A stretch of DNA of 64,000 nt, taken from the NCBI GenBank assembly GCA_032199065.1, contig JAVSCE010011590.1, positions 300,551 to 364,550 on the forward strand, in the 5' to 3' direction. Positions 38,693 through 51,045 of this stretch are shown piece after piece. A model generated the notes under the pieces. It was not told the origin of the DNA, ran no database searches, and worked only from the letters and a program-made list of their open reading frames with translations. Position 1 is the stretch's first letter. Every line of letters begins with the position of its first letter. The stretch comes from Smutsia gigantea (Eukaryota). Made by a program: the position numbers and the translations under genes.

Positions 38693-40413
38693 GAGCAATC
38701 TACAGATTCAGTGCAATTCCTATCAAAATACCAACAGCATTCTTCAATGAACTAGAGAAAATCATTCTAAAATTCATATGGAACCACAAAAGACCCCAAA
38801 TAGCCAAAGCAATTCTGAGAAGGAAGAATAAAGCTGGGGGAATTATGCTCCCCAACTTGAAGCTCTACTACAAAGCCACAGTACTCAAGACAATTTGGTA
38901 CTGGCACAAGAACAGACCCATAGACCAATGAAACAGACTAGAGAGCCCTGATATAAACCCAACCACATATGGTCAATTAATATATGATAAAGGAGCCATG
39001 CACATACAATGGGGAAATGACAGCCTCTTCAACAGCTGGTGTTGGCAAAACTGGACCGCTACATGCAAGAGAATGAAACTGGATTATTGTTTAACCCCAT
39101 ACACAAAAGTAAACTCGAAATGGATCAAGGACCTCAATGTAAGTCAGGAAACCATAAAACTCTTAGAAGACAACATAGACAAAAATCTCCTGAATATAAG
39201 CATGAGTGACTTCTTCCTGAACGCATCTCCTCAAGCAAGGGAACCAAAAGCAAACTGAACTCATGGGACTACATCAAACTAAAAAGTTTCTGTATGGCAA
39301 AGGACACCATCAACAGAAAAAAAAAGACATCCTACAGTATGGGAGAATATATTTGTAAATGACATATCTGACAAGGGGTTAACATCCAAAATATATAAAG
39401 AACTTACATGCCTCTACACCCAAAAAGCAAATAACCCAGTTAAAAAATGGGCAGAGGGTATGAAGAGACATTCTCCAAAGAAGAAATTCAGATGGCCAAC
39501 AGACACATGAAAGATGCTCCACATCACTAATCATCAGGGGAATGCAAATTAAAACCACATGAAATATCACCTCACACCAGTAAGGATGGCCACCATCCAA
39601 AAGACTAAGAACAACAAATGCTGACGAGGATGCGGAGAAAGGGGATCCCTCCTACACTGCTGGTGGGAATGTAAGCTAGTTCAACCGTTGTGGAAAGCAA
39701 TATGGAGGTTCCTCAAAAAACTAAAAACACAAACACCATTTGACCCGGGAATCTCGCTCCTTGGAATTTAACCAAAGAATACAACTTCTCAGATTCAAAA
39801 AGACATACGCACCCCTATGTTTATTGCAGCACTTTTTACAATAGCCAAGATATAGAAGCAACCTAAGTGTCCATCAGTAGATGAATGGATAAAGAAGATG
39901 TGGTACATATACCCAATAGAATACTATTCAGCCATAAGGAGGAAACAAATACTGCCATTTGCAACAACATGGATGGAGCTGGAGGATATTATGTTCAGTG
40001 AAATAAGCCAGGTGGAGAAAGACAAGTGCCAAATGATTTCCCTCATTTGTGGAGTATAACAACGAAGCAAAACTGAAGGAATAAAGAGCAGCAGACTCAG
40101 AGACTCCAAGAAGGAACTAGTGGTACCAAAGGGGAGGTGTTTGGGAGGGCGGCGGGGTAGGGTGGGAGAAGGGGATTGAGGGGTATTTTGTTTAGTACAC
40201 ATTGTGTGGGGGAATCACGGGGAAAACAATGTAGCACAGAAAAGGCAAATAGTGAATCTGTGGCATCTTACTACACTGATGGACAGTGACTGCGTTGGGT
40301 TATGGGTGTGGAATTGATAATATGGGTAAATGTAGTAACCACATTGTTATTTCATGTGAAACCTTCATAAGAGTGTATATCAATAATACCTTAATAAAAA
40401 AATAAAATAAAAT
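38693..40413 (+). mobile_element. 5'-truncated L1 insertion (~1.7 kb: ORF2 C-terminal third plus 3' UTR plus A-rich tail) flanked by a perfect 15-bp target-site duplication
   Basis: It is collinear with L1#1 9793-11486. The TSD aaaatcatgctttta occurs at 38678-38692 and again at 40414-40428. Confidence 0.9.
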
Positions 40414-40741
40414 AAAATCATGCTTTTAGGAACAGAGAGTAGAATGGTGGTAGCCAGGGGCTGGGAGCTGGAGGAAATGAGGAGATGTTGGTCAAAGGGT
40501 CCAAACTTCCAGTTATGAGATGAATAAATTCAGGAGATCTGATATACAGCTTGGTCACTATACTTAACAATCCTGTATTTATGCTTGAAAGTTGCTAAAA
40601 CAGTAGATTCTAAATGTTCTCATCACATATATACACACAAAAAGCAATATGTGAGGTGACAGAGGTGCTAACTAACCTTATCTTGTGGCAATTGTTTTGC
40701 AATACATACATGTATTAAAACATATATTGTGTGTGAAAGGA

Positions 40742-43700
40742 AAAGAAGGGGCGCAAACTCAACCGTCCAAGCAGGTTTATTGCTAAACTTGAGAGGGACC
40801 TCTCTGTTCTGACCAGCAGAACAAAGAAGGTATCTCTTAGAGGCTGAGACTTTTTATGGCCAGGTTTTTTGATGGGCTTTTGAGGAGACAGGTCAAGGAA
40901 AAGGTGGGCTTGTGGCTTGCTGTCGTGTTCTCCGGAAAATGCTTGTAGCTTACGTAAAATGAAATCTAGGTGTCTCTGAAATGGTGGGTGGGCTTATTCA
41001 AAAAGGCAGTACTCCTGCCCAGGGTCTATTGTTCCTGTCTCTAAAAGGTATAGGAAGATGGTTGCCATTCTTTTCTTGGCTACTTCCTGCTGAGAGGGGG
41101 CGATGAAGGCGGTTTTCTGATATTTTTGAAGCAGGAAGGCTATTTGGAGGTGTTCTTGAGTAGTTGCTTGGGAGATGGCCGCCATTCGATCATGTAAAAA
41201 TCTTTGGAATTAGTTACTTAAGCAGGGATGGAAAAGAAGGAGGAAGGTGATAAAGGCTAGTGGGGCCAGGAGAGGTAGGAGCCAGTGAAGAGGAAGGGGA
41301 AGTGGGTTCTCAGAGGAGCCTTCAAGAACTTGGAAGCTCGCTCACGAAGGCGTTTTTGCCCCATCCCTGACGAGGCCAGATTTGTTGGTGTAAAAACAGC
41401 ATTGGTCTTGGAGAAGATCACATGTGCCGCCTGGGAAGCTGTCAGAAGGTCAAGGCCTCTGCAGTTCTGGAGGTCGACTGAAGCCAGGGAGTCCACTTGA
41501 TCTTGTAAGTGTCCCAGTTGGTTGGAAACCTCTGAGTCCTTCAGCAAGTTCTTTGGACAACCTGGTGAACTCTGAAAGAGAAATTCCTGGGGCCCCGATC
41601 CCTGTCCCAGTGCCTGTGGTTATACCCAAGGTGGCCATTAAGGGGACTAGCTGAATGGCACGTTGTGCCCTGACATGGGTTATGGGGGAGATGGGGATGG
41701 GTAGATCAGATGTTGCTAAGGAAAGGGTGGGAGTGAGGAGGCCCAGAGTACAGACTCCAGTCTAGTTGGTTGGTGAGCAAATGTATGCCTTGTCTCCGCA
41801 CACTCGAAAGATGCCTGTTTCCAGGGACAGGAATCCCATAAGATCAGACAGAGACAAGAGGAGGAGGTCTGGAGGCGAGTTGGAAAGTAAATGTTGGACT
41901 CCCTTGAATTTGTGCCATATATGGAAGGAGGAGCTGAAAGCTGCAGCCATCCAGGGGGAGGGGTGAGGCTGGTTGCAATAGTGTAGGACCCTCTTGGCTA
42001 AGAGCAGCAAACTTTCGGTTTAGGGAGTTTCTGCCATCAGGAGTATCTAGATGTTTGCATTCTTGTGCTAAGGGAGTGTCTTTTTAGGGGGTCTTTTCCT
42101 CTGTCTTGGCAATATCTAGATGTGGTGGTGTTTAGACTGCCTTGGAAGGAAGTGTACCCAGATACCCATAAGAGAGTTCCCAGATGGTAAGTATTGTGAT
42201 CAGAGGGTGGGAGAAGCTGAATAGTGGATTTGCAGAGGGAGGGATCTAAGGAGCCGGCTGGGGTGTAGTTATCTTGTTGGGCTCCAGAGATGCACAAAGG
42301 AGCAGGTTGGGTTAAATGGAGTCCACTTTGGGTGGGACAGGTTATGGCCTGCTGGGGAAGCCGATGAGCCTTTAAGGCCTGTATAATATCTTTTATGCCC
42401 CTGGAAGTCTGATGTCAGATCCTTCAGCCAGGGCTGCACCCCTGGGGCTGGCAGTCTTGGTGGAGTGGAGTGCTGCAGAAGTGTTGACCCATGTTCTGAT
42501 GGGAGCAGAGGGACTGAGTCTGCTGTCTGGGAAAGGTGGAGACAGACCCAGCAGGGTGGCTGGATGGTCCCATTAAAGGTTTGGATGAATTGAGCTGTGT
42601 GGAAGAGTGTCTGACTGAGGTATTTAGGAAGGCTCTGTGTTGTGGTATTAAGAGTTAAGAGGATGAGTAATATTGAGAAAGAAAGGATCGGAGCAGGAGA
42701 ACACAGGAGGCAAAAGTGGTGATTTGCCTCAGGGAGAAGTCTGAGAAGGTTCCCTGTAGCCATATGTCCTGGATTATTGTATCTAAGGAGGTGTAGGGAG
42801 AGTAATTGGAGAGTTCTTTTATTAGGACGGTCAAGAAAAGGGCAAAGTTATGAAGAGAGAGACTCACGGGACTGTTTAGCCATGGCTCTGGTCTCTTCAG
42901 CCATGGGAGACAGCTTGGTGATCTTCAGGGATGTGGGTCCGGTTGGTGTGCACTGGAAAAGGGGAGCCTTTTTCAGAGAGGAAAAGTGGACCCGGGAGGA
43001 ATGACCTTTCAATTTGGCCGCTGGTGGGGTAGTCAGGATTACTTGGAAGGGCCCCATCATCTTGGCTTTAGCCCCTGGGAGGGGCTGACGGGCTTCATAT
43101 ATACCCAGTCTCCAGATTGTAGGGATGGAGGAGTGAGGGTGTGTAGGTTGTCAGAGGGTTTTGGGAGGGTGGAGTCAGCATAGTTGCAGATAAGATGTCT
43201 AAGGGTATTAAGTAAAGAATTCGAGAGAGGAAGAGGTAGGTTTGAGCTGGAAGTGGGAAAAGTGAAGGCAATAAAGGGCCTTCCATATAGAACCTCAGAG
43301 GGCTGAGCATAAAAGGTTTGCAGGAGAGAGACCTGAGTTTAAAAAGGACTAAGGGCAGGAGCTTAGTCCATTGCAAATGAACCTGGAGGGAAAACTTGGT
43401 TTAGGCTCTGTTTGAGGTGATTGGCTTTCTGTACCTTACCTGAGGACTGGGGTCGATATGGGATGTGGAACTTCCAGGTTATATTTAGGGAAGAGGCTAC
43501 CTGTTGGGTAATTGTGAGGTGAATCTAGGTTCATTATCAGTTTGGATAGAGGTTGGGAGTCCGAAGCGGGGGATCATTTCAGTGAATAGGATATGTGCTA
43601 CTGTGGAGGATCTTTTGTTTGATGTAAGAAAGGCCTCTGTCCATCCAGAGAAGGTGTGAACCAGGACAAGGAGATATCCTTGTTTCTTTACCAGAAGCAT

Positions 43701-45963
43701 ATGGGTGAAGTCTATTTGCCGGTCAGTGCCAGGGAGGGATCCCTGGAACAGATGGGTAGGGAGGGGAGGAGGTCTGAGGTTGCTTTGATGGTTGGTGGTT
43801 TGGCATATGCAGTGTTGGGTGATAGTCTTTTGTAGGGAGGTCCTAAGACCAGGAGTCAGCTGTACGTGGGTCTATAGGAGTTGGAGCAGAGGGAATGATC
43901 CGGCATGGAACTGGTAATGGAAAGATGAAAGGAATTTATTTTGTAAGCCTTCAGGAAGAACCAATTTTCCATGGAGGAACCGCCATTGTCCTTCTTATAG
44001 TGCCCCCTGTTCTTTGAGTAGAGTTAATTCTTGGGATGAGTAGGAGGGTATAAGAGGGAACTGGAAGCAGGGAATGGAGGGAGAGCTGGTAGCTGCTTGT
44101 TTTGCTACTCTATCAGCCTCGTTATTTCCACAAGCAATGTGACTGAGATTTTTATCACGTGAGGTAGGACTTTGATGGCCCTTGAAATGAATGACAGCAG
44201 TTCTCTGGAGTAGAAGTGCTGCCTCTAGGAGATCTTGAATTAGGGGTCCATTTTGTATAGGGCTATTTTTTGCTGATAGGAATCCTCTCTTGTGCCAAAT
44301 ATGGGCATTTGAATGCAGGGTATTATATGCATATTTGCAGTCTGTATAGATGTTGATAGTTTTATCTTTTGCCAGTCTGGTGAGTGCAGTTAAGTTCTGC
44401 CTGCTGTGAGATCGTCCCCCGGAGAGGGCTGCTGCCTCGATTCCTTCTCTGGGAGAGTAGGAGGATTGGCTCTCCTAATAGCCCTCAATGATGGTGTACC
44501 CTGCCTGGGAGGGGGTGGCCTTTGAAGCCCTCCCATCAATAAACCAGTCAGGAGACCCCAGAAGTGGGTGAGAGTGAAATCAAGGAGCTCAGCGCACTCA
44601 CCGTTGGGGGGTGGAGTCTGGGCAGTTAGGTACTGGGAGGAGGGAGGCAGGGTTTAGGACAAGAACGGCAGAATTACTTTCTGAGGGTTGTAGAAGCTGA
44701 GAGTGTGAGACTTGGACTTGGGCTGGGGAGACAAGGGTTAGAGCACCCTGGCTGAGAAGGTCGCCGAGGTTGTGTGAGGAGTGCACCTGCAGGGACTGGT
44801 GGAGGGTGATTCTTTGGGCTTCAGGGAGAAGGAGTGCAGCTAACACTGGATCCGTAAACAGAGGGACCAGCTTTTTATCACAAGGTTGAGTTGTTTGGAC
44901 AAATAGTTAACAGGCTGGAGGGAATCCCTGGCTGGTTGTACAAGTAGTCCAAAATACTTGTCCCTTTTTGCTGGTTAAGAATAGAAAGAAAGGTTTATTA
45001 GGGTTAGGTAGAGTCAAAACAGGTGTCTTGAGGAGTTCTTGCTTAAGGGCCCAGAAAGAAGCAGGAATTAAATCTGTCTCTGGCACCCTTTCTTGGGGAT
45101 CCCCGTGGGAGGCCTCGTAAAGGTGTTTTGCAATGAGTGAGAAATTTGGGATCCAGAGTCTGAAATAGCTAAGAAGCCCCAGGAAGGAAAGGTCTCGTTC
45201 TGTGGTGGGGAAGGGGAGATTGTTAATAGCCTGTTTTCGGGAGTTGGGCTTGCAGCAAGTGGCAGGGGTGAGGTCAAGGCCAAGGTAGGTGACCTTTTGC
45301 TATGCTGGCTGAGCTTTGTGTTCTGAGACACAGTATCCCTTTTTTCCCAGGAATTTAAGGAGGGAGATAGTGTGGGATATAGAATCATTTTTTGAGGGGC
45401 TGCAAAGCAAGAGATCAACGTATTGGAGCAGGTGGCTAGGGGTGAGGTCGAAAGATTGGGGGTCCTTTTGTAGTGTTTGGCCAAAGAAGTGGGGGTTGTC
45501 CCAAATCCCTGGGGAAGAACTGTCCATGTGAGTTGTTGGGTGAACAGAGATATGCGGTGTGCCCAGGTGAAGAAGAAAAGTTGTTGGGTGAGGGAGGGAA
45601 GGGAGATGAGGTGAGACACAGGAGGCTGTCAGGATCTAGGAGTTAGCCCGGGACAAGCTGCTGCACCAGATAAAAGGAAAAGAAGGGATGCAAATTCAAC
45701 TGTCCAAGCAAATTTGTTGCTAAACTTGAGAGGGACCTCTCTGTTCTGGCCAACAGAACAAGGAAGGTGTCTCTTACAGGCTAAGAGGCTTTTTATGGCG
45801 AGTTTTTTGGCGGGCTTTTGAGGGGCAGGGACAGGGAAAAGGTGGGCTTGTGGTTTGCTGATGTGTCCTCCGGAAAATGCTTGTAGCCTAAGTAAAATGA
45901 AACCTAGGTCTCTCTGAGATGGTCGGTGGGTATATTAAAAAAGGCAGTACTCCTGTCCGGGCT
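40742..45963 (-). mobile_element. Internally deleted class I ERV provirus (ERV#2): ~290-bp LTRs at ~40742-41032 and ~45674-45963; pol (RT, IN) and env (SU, TM) remnants; gag/pro absent
   Basis: The direct repeats are aaaggaaaagaaggg…caaactcaac(c/t)gtccaagca…ttgctaaacttgagagggacctctctgttctg…gtgggcttgtgg…aaaaaggcagtactcctg. Minus-strand ORFs give an RT at 45068-45619 (LFFFTW…QLTWTVLPQGF), an integrase core at 43497-43700 (LVLVHTFSGWTEAF…IPRFGLPTSIQTDNEPRFTSQ), an env SU region at 42269-42763 (PPCWVC) and an env TM immunosuppressive-domain-like segment at 41257-41547 (LQNCRGLDLLTASQ). Their order is consistent with a minus-strand provirus. Confidence 0.75.
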
Positions 45964-46514
45964 CTATCACTGTGCCTTAAACTTACATATGTTATATGTC
46001 AATTATATCTCAGTAAAGCTGGGAAGAAAGAAAACAAAATCATGCTTTTAAAGTTTAAATTCTTTATAGTCTCAAAACTAAGGTGAAACTTTGCTTTTAG
46101 ATCACCCTGTTGTTACCGTTGTTAAAATTGCTGATGAATAACGGTTATAATAAGAATAAACCAGTAATAACGATGATGATAGAATAAACCATTCATTTGG
46201 CTCTGGGCTCAGTTCTTTATACATACATTTTTTTTCTTTACAGTTATTGTTACTCCTATGTCCCTAGCGCTAGAACAGTACTGATATATAGTTGGTGCTC
46301 AATAAATATTTGTTACATGAATGAGATAGAAACAGGGTTGGGAAAGAGTGGCTGGGGCCATGGCAGTGGGTACAATGGCAAGTAGGAAAGATTAGGGTTC
46401 AGGAAAGTGGATACAAGTGGAGGACTTCAATAGCTAAGCAAGGGCCACTGATTTACAATCTTTATGGGAGGTTGGTTAAGCTTATAAAAGTGGAGAGGAA
46501 ATAGCTGAATTCTT

Positions 46515-46865
46515 TTTTTTCTTTTTTCTTTTAAGATATTGTTTTTTCTTTTTTAAATTAAGGTATTATTGATATACACTTTTATGAAGGTTTCACATGA
46601 AAAAACAATGTGGTCACTACATTTACCCATATTATCAAGTCCCCACCCATACCCCATTGCAGTCACTGTCCATCAGTGTAGTAAGATGCCACAGAGTCAC
46701 TATTTGCCTTCTCTGTGCTACACTGTTTTCCCCGTGATCCCCCACACCGTGTGTGCCAATCATAATACCCCTCAATCCCCTTGTCCCTTCCTCCCCACCT
46801 GCCCTCCCACACCCCTCCCCTTCGGTAACCACTAGTTCCTTCTTGGAGTCTCTGAGTCTGCTGCT
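46515..46865 (-). mobile_element. Short L1 3'-UTR fragment (inverted, with a poly-T, i.e. poly-A on the minus strand) flanked by a perfect 19-bp TSD
   Basis: It is the reverse complement of L1#1 ~11166-11486. The TSD aggaaatagctgaattctt occurs at 46496-46514 and again at 46866-46884. Confidence 0.85.
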
Positions 46866-47249
46866 AGGAAATAGCTGAATTCTTATAAAGATACTATTGC
46901 GTAGTCTTGTTACAGATTTTCATCTTGGGAGGAATCCTCCTCTAGTTATATGAATTGCTTGGATCCAGTATTGCTGAATCAAGGGATTATCTGAGTTTCC
47001 CCATCCTGTCTCCAACCCACCTCATCCTTTCCCTGGGGAGGATCTAGGAATTCTTTCCCATAAAAACTTTTCTTCTCCCCAGCTAGTCCTGGATTTAGAC
47101 CTTTGATGTGCTCTCCCAAATTCTGCATCCTCCAGGTCAGCACTATTGCTAGGATGGATCCTGTTTTCTTTTGTCCAAGAAGCAATTTAGATGCCAGCTC
47201 ACTTAATTTTATTCTGGGGTTGCACGATCTAAGGTTTAAATCTTCTCTT

Positions 47250-47682
47250 TTCAAATCGCTAACACAACCGAGAGTGGAGTGGTTACAGATAAAGTTTTCT
47301 GGGGCTCTCCTCCCAGCTTCTAGCTCTCTCCTGCAGAGGTTTCCCGGCGGGAAGCTCCGGTCCAGCGGACAGCGAGGGGTGGGGATGAAATGCTGGATGC
47401 CCCTCCAGGGGTTGGGTGGGGCGCGAGAACCGGTTCCAGGGCTGGGAAGCACTGAAGAGGTTTAAGAGCCCAGCCTCCGGCAACGGAATTCCTGTGTGTC
47501 GCCATGGAAATGGGGCCGGCCCTGCGTGCTCGGCTGCCATTGGCTGGGCACTGCGGGCTACAAGTGAGCGCCCAGCAGCCAGTCCCGGGACTGGGTGGAC
47601 TGCACCGGCGCGGGCAGCTGTGTTCAGCTGAGCAGATCCGAGCTGAGAACGGCTGGCTACCCGAGAGAGTGTCGACGGGGCC
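47250..47682 (+). promoter_or_regulatory. PNP: PNP CpG-island promoter / 5' UTR
   Basis: A CpG-dense block lies immediately upstream of the PNP ATG. The island extends to ~48100 across exon 1. Confidence 0.5.
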
Positions 47683-47693
47683 ATGGAGGGCGG
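47683..47693 (+). CDS. PNP: PNP exon 1, coding part (ATG GAG GGC GG|, M-E-G-G…)
   Basis: The context gccATGg, followed by the donor gtgagtaagg. Spliced to exon 2 it gives [23 protein letters not shown], against human [23 protein letters not shown]. Confidence 0.75.
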
Positions 47694-49446
47694 GTGAGTA
47701 AGGGCAGCAGGCCCGGGGAACCCCGGGTGAGTCGGGCACTAGGTCTGGAAGGGAAAATAGACGTCACTGAAACCTGGAAATCCGGCGCTGTGGGCCCCGA
47801 CGGCGCCGGGAGAGGGAGCGATTCCCTGGAGATACGGAGGCCTGGCACGAGGCCCGGTGGCAGGGGCAAGGTGGCAGAGCCGGGTGGCGGCCAGCGCCCG
47901 CAGGGGCGCGAGCGGGAATCGAGCAGGGGTGGCGCCACCAGAGCAGGAAGGGGACAGTTTAGTACAGCCTAGTCTACTCGTGGGGGATCCGCCGTTTGTG
48001 TGGGTGCGCGCGCGGTGAGTGTGTAAGTGCAGAGGGAGCTTCCCCCCACCCCTCCCGCTGCAGACACACAAGACCGCCGCCTGTGCTCTACGCAGTTCCC
48101 ACTCTGCAGTGTAGGTTAAGCCGCGAGGTACTTCTGGTGCCCATATCCTAGTACCTCCTTGAGGAGAGATGTCTCGTGTCCCTTGTCAACACCGATCTTC
48201 CCTCCAATTGAGGAGGTCCAGTTAAGTTGGGGATGGAGTCTCCAAGGAGAGAAGAAAATACTTATGCATTAAACTGAGGAGCACACCCTGCCCACCCACT
48301 CGCCCAGCTCACACCCTTGAAAACCTTTCTCTCGGCTTTGGTCCTGGAAATCCCATTCTAAGAATCCAGCAGGAGGGATTGCAGTGGCTTTTGGATGCCC
48401 AGGGACCCAGGAAGTTCTTGGGGGACTGATGGCCCATGAGGAAGTCCTGTAACCCTGTCTAGATAAGCTAGGTGGCCAGGGCCTCACACCATTTTCATTT
48501 CCTTTGCACCTCTCCGGAATGCTATTTGATTAACTTTACCATTTCATTGTTTCTCTTCTCCATCACCCTGTGGCCCCAGCTTTATTGCCCACACCCTGTC
48601 CCTTTCCCAGCTACTTCCCTGAGGTTGCCTGGCATGTTGTAGAGTCATCAGGTTTCAAAGACTCTGCTTCTGAAGAAACGTTGTTCCAACGTTCTTCCTC
48701 TGTAGGCTTGGTTAGTTGTGTTCAGCTGTCAATACCTTAGTTCCACCTTCTCCTACCCCCCCCCCAACCCTTTAAATCTTTGGTTTTCTCAAATGGATAA
48801 GAGAGAATTAGACTGGAATTGTGAGAAATTCTGGGTTGCTTCTTGGGGCTGTATGGGTTCTGGGTAAGGTATGTCATTAGGTCTCTGAAGGACAAAGAGC
48901 CATGGAAGATAAGAAAATATGGGAGAAGGCAGGGAGGAGATCACAGGCCAGGCAAAGGTGAGAGAAATGTTCAAGTGTTGTGGACCTGAACCTTGATTTA
49001 TGGATTCTTAAGGTCCTTGAAGCTTGTTAATACATTTTAAATTAATTTTTAAACTGAGCTTATCAAATAAGTGGGGCTGATTTTGGTCCCTTGCTTTACA
49101 CTAAAGGAAAAAAATACGAAGCACAAGTTCCTTGCCCAAAGACAAAATGGGACTAGAATTCAAGTTGAGTTCTGTTTCCTTCTACACCAGTAATTCCTGA
49201 ACCTGGTTTTGGAAACAGAATTACTTGAGGCATTTCTTTTTTAATTTAAAAAATGTTACTTTTTATTTTGAAATAATGTTATACTTACAGATGGTTGTAA
49301 AAGTGACACAAAGTATTCCTGTTTATCTTTTAGTTTCCCCAGTAGTTAACACCTTACATAACTGCAGTACTGTGGTCAAATTTTACAACACATTGTACTA
49401 CAGTTATGCAAGGTGTTAACTCTTGGGGGCACTGAGTGAAAAATAC

Positions 49447-49700
49447 TGGATTTTTTTTTTTTGGTATCGTTAATGTACAATCACTTGAACAACATTATGG
49501 TTACTAGACCTCCTATTATCAAGTCCCCCCCCCCACATACCCCACTACAGTCACTGTCCATCAGCATAGTGAGATGCTATAGAATCATTATTTGTCTTCT
49601 CTATAAATACTACCTTTCCCATGCCCCCCGCTGCTGCATTACTTGTGCTAATCATAATGCCCCTCCCCCCCCTTATCCCTCCCTTCCAGCCATTGAGAAC
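49447..49700 (-). mobile_element. L1 3'-UTR fragment (inverted) with poly-T
   Basis: It is the reverse complement of the L1 3'-UTR variant seen at 390-650 (…ctatagcatct(c/t)actat(g/a)ctgatggacagtgactgta(g/a)tggggtatgtggggggg…). Confidence 0.7.
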
Positions 49701-50430
49701 AAAAAAGTTGCGGATGAGGTCTGATTTTTTTTCTGCAGCAGTTTGTCTAGTCTCCAGTTACGAATTACCTCTTGCAATTCCATAAGACACCGGTCTGTGT
49801 GGCTCTGGGTATCCCAGAAATAAGGACACAGGGGAACTAGCTGTCACAGCTTTCTGTTAGGAGTGTTCCCATTACTTTCTTTTTGTCAACCAAAAAATTC
49901 AGCCCTCAGTATCTGTCCGAGGGAGGAGCTAGAGGATAAGTGTCCAGAGGGAAATCGGGGTTGCTTCTGCCCCCTGGGTAGTCTGAGGTGCATTTTGGAA
50001 GTTCTTCGTGTGTTCCTTGGTCTTCATCCTCAGGCCCAGTCCTTTTACTCTCCTTCCTTTGATTATTTCACTGTGTTTCTCTATAGATCTGTGGCCCTTT
50101 CTTCTCTAAATCTTTGTCCTAAGGAGAGGTATTCAGCCTGCTGGTGGTGGCAAAACTGGAGTGGGGCTGGTGGGGGAAACAGAGGCATTGCCAGGCTCTG
50201 GAATGAAGAGTTTCGTGTCAGACTTGGCAGTGGTCTGATTGAGAAAGGAGTGGGTCCGTGGGTGACCTTAGTGTGGCCTCTCCTGAGAGCAAGGAGGCTC
50301 CCCGTCCAGTCCAGTTTCTCTGTCCCTTGCCACTTCAGTGTGCTTTACCAGCCTTTCTACACTGGAGGCCATTAGTCTATGGTGCCTTGGGCTGGGAGCA
50401 AAACTTACCTTGCTTTTCCTTTTTTCCTAG

Positions 50431-50600
50431 ATGCACATATGAAGATTATCAGAACACTGCAAAATGGCTTCTGTCCCACACCAAGCACCAACCTCAAGTG
50501 GCAGTTATCTGTGGTTCTGGGTTAGGAGCTCTGGCTGATAAAGTAACTGAGGCCCAGAGCTTTGACTACAGTGAGATACCAAACTTTCCCCAAAGTACAG
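50431..50600 (+). CDS. PNP: PNP coding exon 2 ([56 protein letters not shown])
   Basis: Acceptor tttttcctag and donor gtactg are present. Matches human PNP residues ~5-60. Confidence 0.9.
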
Positions 50601-51045
50601 GTACTGACTGGCAAGGGGGAGAGAGGGATGGGACTGAAGGGTGTTAATTGGATTCTGTTGGGAGGGCAGTGCTTCTAGCCTGGACCTGCTTAACCTCTCT
50701 AGCATTTCACTGAAGACAGATGTTGTAAGAGAGGAAAAAAGACCACCATGAATCAGAAGGACTTTCGAAGGAATTTTCTGAAGTAGAATTTTCATAACAG
50801 ATAAGGCATGTGTGTGGATATAATGACATACTGATATATATGCTATGCTTTCATGACTCAGAGCTCCTTAAAGCTCTACAGCTCCTTCCCCATGCACACT
50901 GTGGTCACCACCTACTCCCCCCCCGCCCCCCAACCGGCCTCATTTCTTTTACGTCTGCAGCCTTCCAGGACAATGTCAGGTCACCCTGTGCTGTGTCTTC
51001 CTGCCATTCCCAATCTCCCTAGCTCTAGCTCCAGTCCTGGAGACT

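Noticed and set aside
47283-48071. Multiple 90-140-aa ORFs on both strands around PNP exon 1
   Set aside because: They are CpG-island artefacts (Gly/Arg/Pro-rich). The only supported coding segment here is the 11-nt PNP exon 1 at 47683-47693.
49863-50375. A 170-aa plus-strand ORF in PNP intron 1
   Set aside because: I could recognise no homology. It is Cys/Leu/Ser-rich with no start context, splice signals or conservation cues, so it is probably a chance ORF.
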